From NCBI RefSeq assembly GCF_001194135.2, contig NC_068992.1:52885883-52949882 (forward strand): a stretch of DNA of 64,000 nucleotides, given 5' to 3'. Below the pieces are notes generated by a model, which was not told the origin of the DNA, made no database searches, and saw only the letters and a program-made list of their open reading frames with translations. Each line of letters begins with the position of its first letter. The first letter of the stretch is position 1. This document shows positions 52,805 through 64,000 of this stretch, piece after piece. The stretch comes from Octopus bimaculoides. Lineage: Eukaryota. The translations under genes were made by a program, and so were the position numbers.

Positions 52805-53230
52805 ATGCAAGAAATACTCCAAAAACACACAATGATAAAAAGCAGCAGACAATCCAAATTAATGAAATGTATACTAAAACAAGCCAAACTCCACAATTGG
52901 ATGAAGCCGTAAGTTTCAATCTGACAGAGTAATAGTTTAAACAGACATAACTCTGTACAGTAAAACAATAAATTCACGTAAGCGTCTGAAAACGTAATCT
53001 CTGTAATAACCTGCTCAGGATGTGGAGGAAATAACATTGGACAAACAAAAGAAGCTTTACGTGAACGAATGACAATGCGTCGCAAAATATCGAAACATGG
53101 AGGCATATGACTCAATGAACATCCGAACTTTATGATTTCTTCTTCTAGAGTGAGTAATAATAAAGGCCAATGACAACGCATTTATAAAGTAACGTTATTC
53201 ATTGTAAAATAGCAAATAAGTCTTAGCTGG
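52805..53230 (+). mobile_element. Penelope-like element, GIY-YIG endonuclease region, degenerate
   Basis: KEILQKHTMIKSSRQSKLMKCILKQAKL and ASENVISVITCSGCGGNNIGQTKEALRERMT match the PLE pattern NVIYxIxCxxCxxxYIGQT..L.ER, with both tyrosines mutated. Confidence 0.82.
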
Positions 53231-53585
53231 GAGATAAAAACAACCACCACCAAAAGAATTGCAACGCATACTGGGTCCACCACTACTGCTATTGCTAGGT
53301 TGCAGATGTAAAACTGCTATAAAACAACAGCGCTACTACTAGCTAGATTACATTGTGAGTTAAACTATAGGGAAGCATTACTGTTACAGCTACAACCACC
53401 ACCAATAATACTGCAGCAAGTACTAGTTTACCATCTGTCTCCTTGAATGTTTATTATTAATTCATTTCTGTCAAGTAGCAACACACGGAAGGACACGAAT
53501 TTCAGCATCATGTGAATTTCACAAATTATTTAAACTTTCAGAATTGATATTATAAAAGTTGAATCTAATTTTTTTTTTCAGTTTC

Positions 53586-53616
<31 letters not shown>

Positions 53617-53907
53617 GTTTTCCTTTCCGTTTTACTCCAGCTTAAGGAGGTTGTCTCGAAGGACCGAAACGCGAATAAACCTTCTTATTTTCCCATGATC
53701 AATTACTCTAAGCATTTTCATCTTCGTATTTCTCATATATATATATATATATGCGTGTGTGTATGTGTGTGTGTGTGTTCGTGTGTCTGTATGGGTGTGT
53801 GCGTTTGTGTGTGTGCATACATATTTGTATGTGTATATATATATATATATATACATGTATGTATGTATATATATATATACATATATAATATTTATAATAT
53901 GTATATA

Positions 53908-54568
53908 GGCGTAGGAGTGGCTGTCTGGTAAGTAGCTTGCTTACCAACCACATGGTCCCGGAGTCAGTTCCACTGCGTGGTACCTTGGGTAGGTGTCTCC
54001 TACTATAGCCTCGGGCCGACCAAACCTTGTGAATGAATTTGGTAGACGGAAACTGAAAGAAGCCCGTCATATATATATGCATGTGTATATACATATATAT
54101 ATATGTGTGTGTGTGTGCGNNNNNNNNNNNNNNNNNNNNNNNNNNNNNNNNNNNNNNNNNNNNNNNNNNNNNNNNNNNNNNNNNNNNNNNNNNNNNNNNN
54201 NNNNNNNNNNNNNNNNNNNNNNNNNNNNNNNNNNNNNNNNNNNNNNNNNNNNNNNNNNNNNNNNNNGTGTGTTTGTGTGTGTATGTGTTTGTGTGTGTGT
54301 GTGTGCGCGTATGTGTGTGTGTGTGCGTGTGCGTGCGTGTGTGTGTGTTTGCATGTGTATATGTGTGTCTGTGTTTATCCCCCCAACATCGCTTGACAAC
54401 CGATGCTGGAGTGTTTACGTCCCCGTAACTTACCGGTTCGGCAAAAAACAGCGATAGAATAAGTATTGGCTTACAAAGAATAAGTTTTGGGGTTGATTTG
54501 CACGACTAAATGTGGTGCTCCAGCATGGCCACAGTCAAATGACTGAAACAAGTAAAATAGTAAAAGAG
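53908..54568 (+). mobile_element. SINE family A, full length, with its core microsatellite expanded into a gap
   Basis: GGCGTAGGAGTGGCTGTCTGGTAAGTAGCTTGC.. through ..GACTGAAACAAGTAAAATAGTAAAAGAG, collinear with the 10929 copy. Confidence 0.92.
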
Positions 54569-55697
54569 ATATGAACAAACAATTCATTGAATTTAAGTGA
54601 ACAATATAAATCTCTATTTTTGTTGTAGCGATATTACATTTTCAAAATGTTTCACATCAACATTCTATTTTTTTCTCACGCCATATTTATTCTCTGGTTG
54701 TGTTTGAAATATTTGAAATCTCTCTTTAGTTTTCTGCAAAACACATTCTGTTAATAGTTATTCTTTCCTTTCCTGTTGTGTTTGAATAACTTTTTTCTTT
54801 GCTTACATTGTTCCCAGGTTAAATCTCAAACTTTTGTATAGTGTGAATTTTTGTTATAATTGTAACACAGGTATATATATATGCGAATATAACAACCTCT
54901 GCTTTTTATATTTCCTTTATAATATCAAGTTATTTATATAACTTTTTGTCTTCTTCTATTGGACATAACATTTTTTTTTACCTTAACTTGTCATTAACTC
55001 ATGTTTATTTTCATGCTTGTAGTCAGTTTAAATGTATCATACAATATTTCAGTTATCAATATTATTTGTGCAGTGGGATTTTTAATGATTTTGTTTTTCA
55101 GTGCGCCATTAAAATTTTATGTCTGTATTTTCCTTATAATGTGGATGTATTGCCTCTTACTTCATACAGTGTGTATTTGTTGGTCCTTTATGCAAATCAG
55201 CAAACTAAGAATTATATCCATTGGAATCTGAACGAACGAGAGTCGCATAAAAATGGAACCAAAAATATAGTGTATTAAGCGTTTTTATCGATAGAGATAA
55301 TGTTAAATATATGACCAATTCTATATTGATATTCTTAAGCTATATGTTCGATTAATCTTATTATCTGTACAACATGATAGACATGTAAACATTTAGTAAG
55401 GTAGGGTAATTGTAATATATTGATATCGTTTCTAAACCAGATAATAAACATCAGTACTAGTATCTGCACCTCTAAGTATACAGTAATGACATTTGCAATT
55501 GAAAATAAGTGAATTAACAAGATTAGATATAAATACTAAGAAGTATTGACAACATTTACAACAAAATACCATTTGCAACTGCTAGTGGCAAATGTCATAA
55601 TTGTAAACTTATTAGTTATAAAGATGCTAGTGTTGATATTTATTACTATACTTTTATCATCTCATTGTTTTGCAAGTATTAATATGACATTTTAATA

Positions 55698-55790
55698 AAA
55701 CGGCTTCATAGCGTTTCCGTCTGCCAATTATACTCGCAGAGTATAGGTTGACTTCAGGCTACTCTGTCAGAGATTTGCTGAAGGCATCAA
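55698..55790 (-). mobile_element. Old SINE family A central-domain fragment
   Basis: GGCTTC..GTTTCCGTCTGCCAA..ACTC..CAGGCTA..TTGCTGAAGG aligns by eye with the reverse complement of the family A central domain. Confidence 0.6.
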
Positions 55791-57467
55791 TTAGTGCGAT
55801 AGAACAGAAGACCATGTGCTTATTAAACGAACTCTGCATCCACACGAATATAAACAATATTATGAAAATATTATGAATAATATTGTTATTGAATTCTTTG
55901 AAAATATGTTGAATACATGTGTCGAATTTGACGATGTAAACAATTAAGTGTTTGTTATATTCAGCTAATAACTTAAAATCTTTGACATGCAGCAGATGTT
56001 TGATTGTGACACATTGTATTATATCTACATACGATATGTTCATGAATATCAACATTTCGTTTCCACGTTACATGTTTTATGTAACTGCTCATTATTGAAG
56101 CAAAATTCACCCGAGATAATTTATCCAGAATTAATTTCCAAGTAATGAGCTTTTACTCAAAATACATTGTATTCTTGAACCGTCTTTACTTACGTCATAT
56201 AACTGATGTTTGCACGTTTATGAAGGCTTACAGCATCCTTTAGCGTCTTTAGACATTCATTATTGGAAGAGTAAATTTTCTACTTTGTAATATGATTGTG
56301 ATATTTCTATATTAGAAAGACAAATTACTGCTGTAGTTCTTAATGATTGATATTTATGTAAAACTTGTAGTGTTGTATTTGTTTATATTTAACCTCAAGA
56401 CCACGGTGATTTTAATATGTTTAATGAATAATTTGTATAAATTACTCCTCAGTAAACATTGTTTGAAAAAGTCATTATCCTTGACCAATCTGTATTTTAC
56501 ATATTGTCACTCATAAAAGACTGATTGTGGAAAATTTATTTTTCAAAACGTTTGTTTTTGAGACTAATAATTAATATTAGAACACTAAAGTGCGGTATGA
56601 GGATGAATTGGGTTCTTTTTCTTACAGGTCCTGCGATCACATACAAATTCAATTGCTGATTACCGTGCTTTTTTCGTCCTTGCATATGTCATTAAGATTT
56701 TCCTCCGGTCTTTACCCGTAAATATCTAAATATCTATGATACAACTTCATAGGAAACAGTTATTTTAGCTGGAAATTTTGCATTTTCTTTTTATGAGAGC
56801 TTTCCAGTTGTTTAGACTTTGCTATATCTGCATTATTTCTTCAATTGTTATTTTCCCCATAAATATTCTACTGTTGTGACCATTGCATTTAGCATTAATG
56901 ATAGGGGGCGATCTATCCATTGTTCACACTCCAACGTAACGGCTTGCTACTCTGGGCGATGTTTTGATGGCTATTTTGTTTTTAATCTGTTCTTGTTGTT
57001 CATTGCAAAATCATTTTCAGCTGAATATCAAATATTAAAAAATAAATCAATAAAAGCACAAACCTTTTGCTATAGCAACGAATTCTGTGATATAGTGCAG
57101 ATCGTATATGGTAGATTGTCCTTCATATTGTTTTACGTTTTCTCATGCATTCGTTCTTCTGTTATTTGATATTTCTTTTATATTCCCCGCTGTTTGTTTT
57201 TAACACTGGGTTTCCGTGACTTTGTTGATGTTATTAAGAAGCGCAAATCTTTCATTGTGTTTTTACGTTAGTTTTCAAGAGATTTGCTTGTGTTCATACG
57301 AGAGGTAGTGATGACGTACCGATGTTCCTATACGAATGATACACGCACGCCATAAATTTAATATTTTATCATCGTTGTTATTGTTCTTTATATCTGTTTA
57401 TAATTTAATGGGCATGTTTTCATTTATTATTATTATTATTATCATTATTATTATTATTATTATTATT

Positions 57468-58082
57468 GTTCAGTAGTTTTATTTTTATAACGTGCTTTCA
57501 CTTCACTACCGAGCGCAGCTCTGTGTGCCTTGGGTATATGCTGTGGTTTGCTGTGATGCTCTTATGGTTACTGTACTGAAAGTGTTTTGCGTAGGATGTG
57601 TGCAGTGCCCAGTAGTGCAATTTTCTGTATGTTATATATATATGTGTAAGTCCTGGTGTTTTCGTTATGTATTTGTCTGAATATTTTTTTTATTATAACT
57701 AAGGCACCTACTATGATAGGAATTGTTTCTGTTTTTAGATTCCACATTCGAGTTACCTCTATTTCCAGGTCTTTGTATTTTGAAAGTTTCTCCATTTCTT
57801 TTAGGGAAACGTTGTCATCTGCTTGTATTGATACATCAATTAGAAAGCATTTTTTCCCTTCATGATCTTTGACAACTATATCTGGTCTATTTGCCTTAAT
57901 TTCTCTATCTGTGTGTATTGGCATATCCCAGAGTATGGTTGCTTTCTCGTTTTCTGTGATCTTTTCTGGCGTGTGTTTATACCATCTTTTTTCTGTTGTT
58001 ATTCCATAGTGTTGGCATAGCTTCCAGTGTATATAAGTCTCAGCTCTGTCATGTCTGTGAATATATTTCTTCTTAGCCTTAA
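57468..58082 (-). mobile_element. R4/Dong-clade non-LTR retrotransposon 3' end (5'-truncated), with 3' UTR and (TAA)n tail
   Basis: The element is bounded by (TAA)n tracts at 57424-57467 and 58083-58190 and contains the RLE domain ORF listed next. Confidence 0.93.
57568..58080 (-). pseudogene. Restriction-like endonuclease (RLE) C-terminal domain of an R4/Dong retrotransposon, no 5' part
   Basis: YIHRHDR..IHWKLCQHYG..WYKHTPEKITENEKATILWDMPIHTDREIKANRPDIVVKD..FLIDVSIQADDNVSLKEMEKLSKYKDL..IPIIVGAL..KIALLGTAHILRKTL is a PD-(D/E)xK-type RLE signature. The upstream poly-I in the ORF track is the microsatellite. Confidence 0.92.
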
Positions 58083-58091
58083 TTATTATTA

Positions 58092-58177
<86 letters not shown>

Positions 58178-58202
58178 GTTATCATTATTATAATATAAAT
58201 CC

Positions 58203-58310
58203 ACGAGCTGGCAGAATCGTTAAGCACACCGGGAAAAATGCCTGGCAGCATTTCGCCCGTCTTCCCGTTCTCAGTTCAAATGAACCGAGATCAACTTTGC
58301 TTTTCATCCT
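58203..58310 (+). mobile_element. SINE family B 5' half
   Basis: ACGAGCTGGCAGAATCGTTAAGCACACCGGG..GCATTTCGCCCG..GTTCTCAGTTCAAAT. Confidence 0.85.
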
Positions 58311-58314
58311 TACA

Positions 58315-58386
<72 letters not shown>
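58315..58386. repeat. (TAC)n microsatellite
   Basis: Directly visible. Confidence 0.95.
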
Positions 58387-58387
<1 letters not shown>

Positions 58388-58388
<1 letters not shown>

Positions 58389-59046
58389 ATCTCTCTTGCG
58401 GCTGTTTTTCAAGGCACATGGTGTACACACTCCAATGTTCATTTTCTTGGAGTCAGATATAGAGGACAGATATAGAGGACAGATATAGAGGACAGATATA
58501 GAATTATATATAGATATATATAATTCTATTATATTCTTATTCCGTTCAAAGTCTACAATAGGCGGCTGAGGAAATATCTGTTTGAAACGAGGATAGTTTT
58601 TCGCCACATGCTGGTAACTTTCAGGCATCATTTTTAAAATGCCAGCGAAATTTCGCTGCCAGTTAATCACTAAAGGAATTCTGTCATCTGTTATATTGTG
58701 TTTGCTAAAATTATGCGTGAAGGTTTGACTATCTTTGCCACTCTTAGCAATTTCATTGGCTATTTCCTTGAATCGGGATTCACTGTAACCGTGTTTGACA
58801 TAATGATGTACAAAAGCATTTGCATGTTTCCAGTAATCCCCTATGTCAGAACAAATCCGTTTTATCTTCAGCAATTAGGATTTCAGATTTGACGGAATAA
58901 TATTATGTGGATGATCGGAGCGGCGGTGGAGATAAATGTGGGATGACGTGGGCTTGTAAAAAACTCTGTCACTATTCTGCCTCCAGAAAACTAACCTTTT
59001 GTGTCCACAAATTCAACACTAGTTTTTGAAAAACTAGACTTAAATA
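58388..59046 (-). mobile_element. Penelope-like element: end of RT, thumb and linker, degenerate
   Basis: FSKTSVEFVDTK..SFSGGRIVT..YKPTSSHIYLHRRSDHPH..LKIKRICSD..HYVKHGYSE..RIPLVINWQRNF..FKQIFPQPPIVDFERNKN matches the PLE motifs FLDT, YRKPT..YLHxxSxHP, LRxxRICS, RGY, RIPLV and IFPxPPIVAFRR. Confidence 0.88.
58454..58501. repeat. 13-bp tandem repeat CAGATATAGAGGA x3.7 inside the Penelope relic
   Basis: Directly visible. Confidence 0.95.
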
Positions 59047-59232
59047 GGTTCATACATTCCACAATCCAAGAATGCGGGATCATATCGCACGCCTTAATAT
59101 AATCGATCGAAGACAAGGTTAAGTTAATTTTCCCTTTCTGGCAAGATCTAAGTACAGTTTTGTCTACCAGCATTTGACCTTGGTAGCTCTGCAATTACGC
59201 ATGCAACCCTTCTGCTCATGTGGCAGGACTCT
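59047..59232 (-). mobile_element. R4/Dong RT fragment (N-terminal RT motifs), 5'-truncated at a (TAA)n tract
   Basis: RVLPHEQKGCMRN..QMLVDKTVLRSCQKGKINLTLSSIDYIKACDMIPHSWIVECM matches the Dong/R4 RT pattern LPxEQKGC..DQLLIDK..NLxxAWIDYKKAYDxVPHSWI. Confidence 0.88.
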
Positions 59233-59233
59233 A

Positions 59234-59293
<60 letters not shown>

Positions 59294-59294
59294 G

Positions 59295-59443
59295 AAAGAG
59301 GGACGCATGCCATCGAAGTCACACTGGGGTAAAACATGCGAATGTCCAATATACGAATCATCACTACCCGTCTGATAAGGGTACACCAGGCACATGCATC
59401 TTATGATCTGTTGATCTTATATCAAGATAAACTGCACCAGAAC

Positions 59444-59446
<3 letters not shown>
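59295..59446. mobile_element. About 150-bp non-coding segment sandwiched between two (ATT)n tracts
   Basis: A higher-GC block lies between (ATT)n runs at 59234-59292 and 59447-59515. Its identity as a (TAA)n-targeted non-autonomous element is inference. Confidence 0.4.
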
Positions 59447-59503
<57 letters not shown>

Positions 59504-60484
59504 GATTATTATTAGCACTTTCGGCGTACTAAGAGCAAATACGTCTCCACATAAGAAAATTACATCGTTCATAATACATTACCTCCTCTTAGACACACCT
59601 GTATGAAGATTGGTCGAAATAAGCAAGATGCTGCAACAAAGTAGTAATTGGGGCTTAAAGGGTCCGAATGGGTTGGGAATATTATTTTCAGCTGAACGCT
59701 TTCCAGAGGAAATTTTTGCGACTGTTTTATGGAATGCTCCACCTGGATCTGCACATTTTAATGCCAATGTCTAGAAACTACCTTGAATTTCACCGGTATA
59801 TGAAATGTTAGGACAGGAATATACGAAAATGAAGTGCCCTGGGCATATATGATTGTGTCAGAGATTATTCGTTTTTGCGGGTAATTATTTCGGTGTTGGC
59901 ACAGGTCGTGATGCTATTTATAGTGGACTATGTCTTGTACTTAAATATGTGAACCACCCAACGACAGTATTGTCCATGAATGATAATAAGATTAACAGTG
60001 TTACCACCCGGATCAAGTTGAAAATTGTGCTTAGAGTTAGAGATTTTAACTAATCTTACACCTCGCCATGCTTAGCTAATCACTGTGCAATTCTTTACAT
60101 CCATACAAGCATCGTCATAAATACTTACTACCTTGTAAAGAAGTAATAACTATATCATGAAAACTATATATCTATTACATAAATATGCATACAAAAATTG
60201 TATACAATTAGTTTTACAAAAATTTATGTAAATGTCTTTCTGAAATCGGAAACCGATTACGCTCGTCTTTTTACAAAAATCTTTAAGTTATTGTCAAAGA
60301 TTCATAGATTAATACACAATAGACGTCTTTATGTTAATCAATCATCTTAATATTGAGGCTTATATAATCTGAAATGTTTCTTCAGCTATCCTGAAATATG
60401 CCTCTAGAAATTTATGCTGGATAAATTACTACAAACTTTAACAAGAAATGTATAAACAGAAGCAGCATAACGCACGGGTTTCAG

Positions 60485-60625
60485 TTTAGGAATTGAAATC
60501 CTGCCGCTGTTGAATTTGCCTTTCATACATTAGATGCGATGAAATAAATTTCAGGCAAGTACTGGGGTCCAGTTGATCGACTACTTCCAAAATGTCCATA
60601 AATTGTGTCTATATTAGAAATTATT
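60485..60625 (+). mobile_element. SINE family B diverged 3' half
   Basis: TTTGCCTTTCAT..CAAGTACTGGGGTC..ATCGAC..TTGTGTCTATATTAGAAA resembles 6470-6600. Confidence 0.6.
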
Positions 60626-62072
60626 TTTAGTGTTGTTGTAAAACAAGTACTTACTCTTGCTATCATTGTTTTCGCTTTTGTTGTTGTTACTGTATATTTA
60701 CAAGATCTAAGTCTATTTTAGTAGAAAGCAATTTCCAGTCATTGAAAATGCATTGACATTTAGCCAACTGAAAAATGGTACTAATTGGAATTGTATTAAT
60801 AACAATGTTCCGCCTAGTTCAAATAATAGCTGTCCTTTTATTAAATGCTTGAGAAGGCAGGACAGTTTCGCTGATGTTACCACCATTTATAACGAAAGCT
60901 ATATCTAATATGTGTTCAACCATTACATCTGATGTAGAATTAATATATGGCCTTTTAGTTTCTCTGTTTCAATCGAAGTATCATTTAAAGTAGATTGATT
61001 TTAAGAGTTGATAACTTCAGTTATGTTCATGTGTCCATCTGACTGTTTATTTTATCTTTCCAGTAAAACCGTAGCTTAGTGAGTGAATTGTGTACTCAAA
61101 AGCTTTCAGCTTTTATTTCAAGTTTGTCCAGTCTTGCATTAAATAGTAAATATATAGCAAATAGTAGAACTGGTTTTCATGGCGGTTTTATCAAACTTCC
61201 ACGAATAAAATATCTACATTAGTTTGAATCTATGGGTTCAATATATGTGTATGGTGCTGTAGATATTTAAGACATTGGATAAAGGGTAATAGATAATCTT
61301 AAAAGCAAGCTGCTCTTAAGAACGTGTATAATTACTCACATTAAAGTAGTTCCTTATGTTCAGAGGCATAATGTAATTGCTTTGCCTCTTTCACAATTAC
61401 CTATGAGTATTTTCTCACTGACAGAAGTATTGACACACGATTACGGACATTACACTTGAATTTAGAAACACAGAAAACATATATATATATATATANNNNN
61501 NNNNNNNNNNNNNNNNNNNNNNNNNNNNNNNNNNNNNNNNNNNNNNNNNNNNNNNNNNNNNNNNNNNNNNNNNNNNNNNNNNNNNNNNNNNNNNNNNNNN
61601 NNNNNNNNNNNNNNNNNNNNNNNNNNNNNNNNNNNNNNNNNNNNNNNNNNNNNNNNNNNNNNNNNNNNNNNNNNNNNNNNNNNNNNNNNNNNNNNNNNNN
61701 NNNNNNNNNNNNNNNNNNNNNNNNNNNNNNNNNNNNNNNNNNNNNNNNNNNNNNNNNNNNNNNNNNNNNNNNNNNNNNNNNNNNNNNNNNNNNNNNNNNN
61801 NNNNNNNNNNNNNNNNNNNNNNNNNNNNNNNNNNNNNNNNNNNNNNNNNNNNNNNNNNNNNNNNNNNNNNNNNNNNNNNNNNNNNNNNNNNNNNNNNNNN
61901 NNNNNNNNNNNNNNNNNNNNNNNNNNNNNNNNNNNNNNNNNNNNNNNNNNNNNNNNNNNNNNNNNNNNNNNNNNNNNNNNNNNNNNNNNNNNNNNNNNNN
62001 NNNNNNNNNNNNNNNNNNNNNNNNNNNNNNNNNNNNNNNNNNNNNNNNNNNNNNNNNNNNNNNNATATATAT

Positions 62073-62103
<31 letters not shown>

Positions 62104-62157
62104 CATGTATGTATATATATTTATATGTATGTATATATATATATTTATATGTATGTA

Positions 62158-62189
<32 letters not shown>

Positions 62190-64000
62190 CAAGAGCGTTA
62201 TAGTTCGCTTGAAGCATTCTTGAGCAAAAGTAGAAAAGTGAATGAAAATAAAGCATTAAACAATTCAGAAAGCTTTACATATATAGTTTTTTTTATTCTC
62301 CGCAGATACAAGAGTTTTCCTTTTCATATCCTTTGGGTTTTCTTTCCGAATCTGTCACAGAGGGAACTACAGAATATCAAAAAATTTCAATATAAACAGT
62401 CTTAAACAGGCATATTATATTAGCACATACTTTTGCTGTTTCAATGAGTCGAAATAATTGATTCTGAACCTTATACACGCATCGACGAAGTTTAACTGAG
62501 CTCTTTGAAAACTGTGAATATATACACTTTCATCGAATATTTATTTGCATTTGATATGGAATCCAGCATATATGAAAGATAAGCAACTTATTGTTTAAAA
62601 TTTTTCATTAACAGATTATGAATAACAGGTATAATTGCTATATTATTCTCTTATATATAGTTACATGTCAATCCCGCCGTCCCTGTTTCTCGAGATGTTT
62701 AATGGATAAATCTATGGAGAAGAGTTATCGAGAATTGCTTTCGTTCTTCTAAACAATATTACTATATTCATGTCACAACTAATCTTCTAAATCATGGCGG
62801 GATAGCGGTGAAAATTCAACTCAATTTTTTTCTTTTTAAGATGAAATTGCTTCATTCATAAAAATAAGACTTACTATAACCCAGTATATATATATATATA
62901 TATATATATTGTGCCTCACCCTTATCATTACCAGGTTAGGAAGGTCTGGACAGGTGATTACATGCTTTGTATGAATTATATCAATCCAAATAAATGAGTA
63001 GTCTTCTGGAGAAATTAAATCTTTGTGATACGGCAGCTTTTGAGACTTCTAATACAGATTTTCCCTTTATCTCATCTAAGAAAATATTGCCTTCCAACAT
63101 TAATGAAATATTATTTAAATTACCAATATTTCATTCCTTTCACCTTTGATGTTTTGGGTTTAATTATACGGGTTGTAAATGTGATTAGACTATTTTGTAC
63201 TGCACTACATACATTATGTTTGTGCAATAATGTTATACGACGGTTAAGGTGACAGAATCGATAAAACATCAAACGAAATACAATTTTCTATTTAGCTACT
63301 TTAATTTTGCTTTTTGAATTCAATCAACTCCTTTGTCCAGTTTGTTTTGCAACATTCTGAGGTCCTCAACCTAAGTACATGGAGATCTGTAAAAGATTAT
63401 GTCGAAACAGAAGTATCACAAATTATCAAGAGCAAATGTCTAAGTTTACTAAAAACTTAGAAATAAAAGTAGTTAGTGTCACAAAAGACGTGATTAAAAA
63501 CATTGAATTTTAAAATCTATTCGGATTAAGGTAATAATATTGAGATAAGGCTGAATCATATTGTCATTACTCCACTTCGCTGTTATTAGGAGGTATGAGG
63601 CAATTTCACGGAGAATTTTGCTGTAGAATTCATTTCAGTGCTACATGTGAGCAAAATGCTTATTGACGTTCATATTAATACAACTATTTGATTTTAATGG
63701 TATCAGCGAAATTCAGCAGAAATATTTTATGAACATAGGTACACTCAACATCAATGAAAATTATCCTTAACATTTTAGTTAGTGGTGGGAACTATCAGGA
63801 AATAAAACTGAACATAAACAAGGGACAGACGTAGGCTAGATGCTTGAAACAATGTTCTACGCTTAAATCAGGCACAGTCGTACAGATAGTGGTAAGAAAC
63901 AAAACTACATGTTCAAATCATTTTCTGACCATCACTGTTTGTTATGAAATCGGTTTAGTATACCTAAATGTATATTACGATCCCTCTCGAACAGTTCAAT

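Noticed and set aside
55729-55745. Hairpin TATACTC-GCA-GAGTATA between CTGAAG and GGAAAC, hammerhead-like on the minus strand
   Set aside because: The whole segment aligns to the SINE A central domain. The core is not CUGANGA and stems I and III are missing.
54600-57350. T-rich strand bias and faint CR1/L2-like phrases on the minus strand (TDWSRIM.., KSPW)
   Set aside because: This could be an ancient LINE, but no diagnostic motif was recoverable by eye.
62671-62803. 10-bp imperfect inverted repeat ATCCCGCCGT / ATGGCGGGAT, about 113 bp apart
   Set aside because: It is too short, has no TSD and no second copy; compatible with chance.

Overview
AT-rich, microsatellite-saturated eukaryotic DNA with 17 assembly gaps (about 5 kb of N). 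The repeat content (tRNA-derived SINEs with internal microsatellites, R4/Dong, Tx1/L1 and Penelope retroelements, mariner, a Helentron-type element) resembles an octopod cephalopod genome; this is an inference, not a database match. I cannot recognise any host protein-coding gene. Most ORFs in the track are microsatellite or N-run artefacts, and the only recognisable protein sequences are transposable-element relics. These are three R4/Dong pieces (19.9-20.4 kb, 57.5-58.1 kb, 59.0-59.2 kb), a Tx1/L1 ORF2 piece (20.4-21.2 kb), two Penelope-like pieces (52.8-53.2 kb, 58.4-59.0 kb) and two mariner transposases (37.6-38.75 kb, 50.3-50.7 kb). No rRNA, true tRNA gene or CRISPR array was seen. The most interesting signals are a nested (TAA)n-targeted retroelement cluster with an in-frame Dong-Penelope RT junction, degenerate minimal hammerhead-like motifs, modular SINEs that swap domains, and a few unverified candidate exons and regulatory motifs. 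I do not see evidence for a clearly new biological system.
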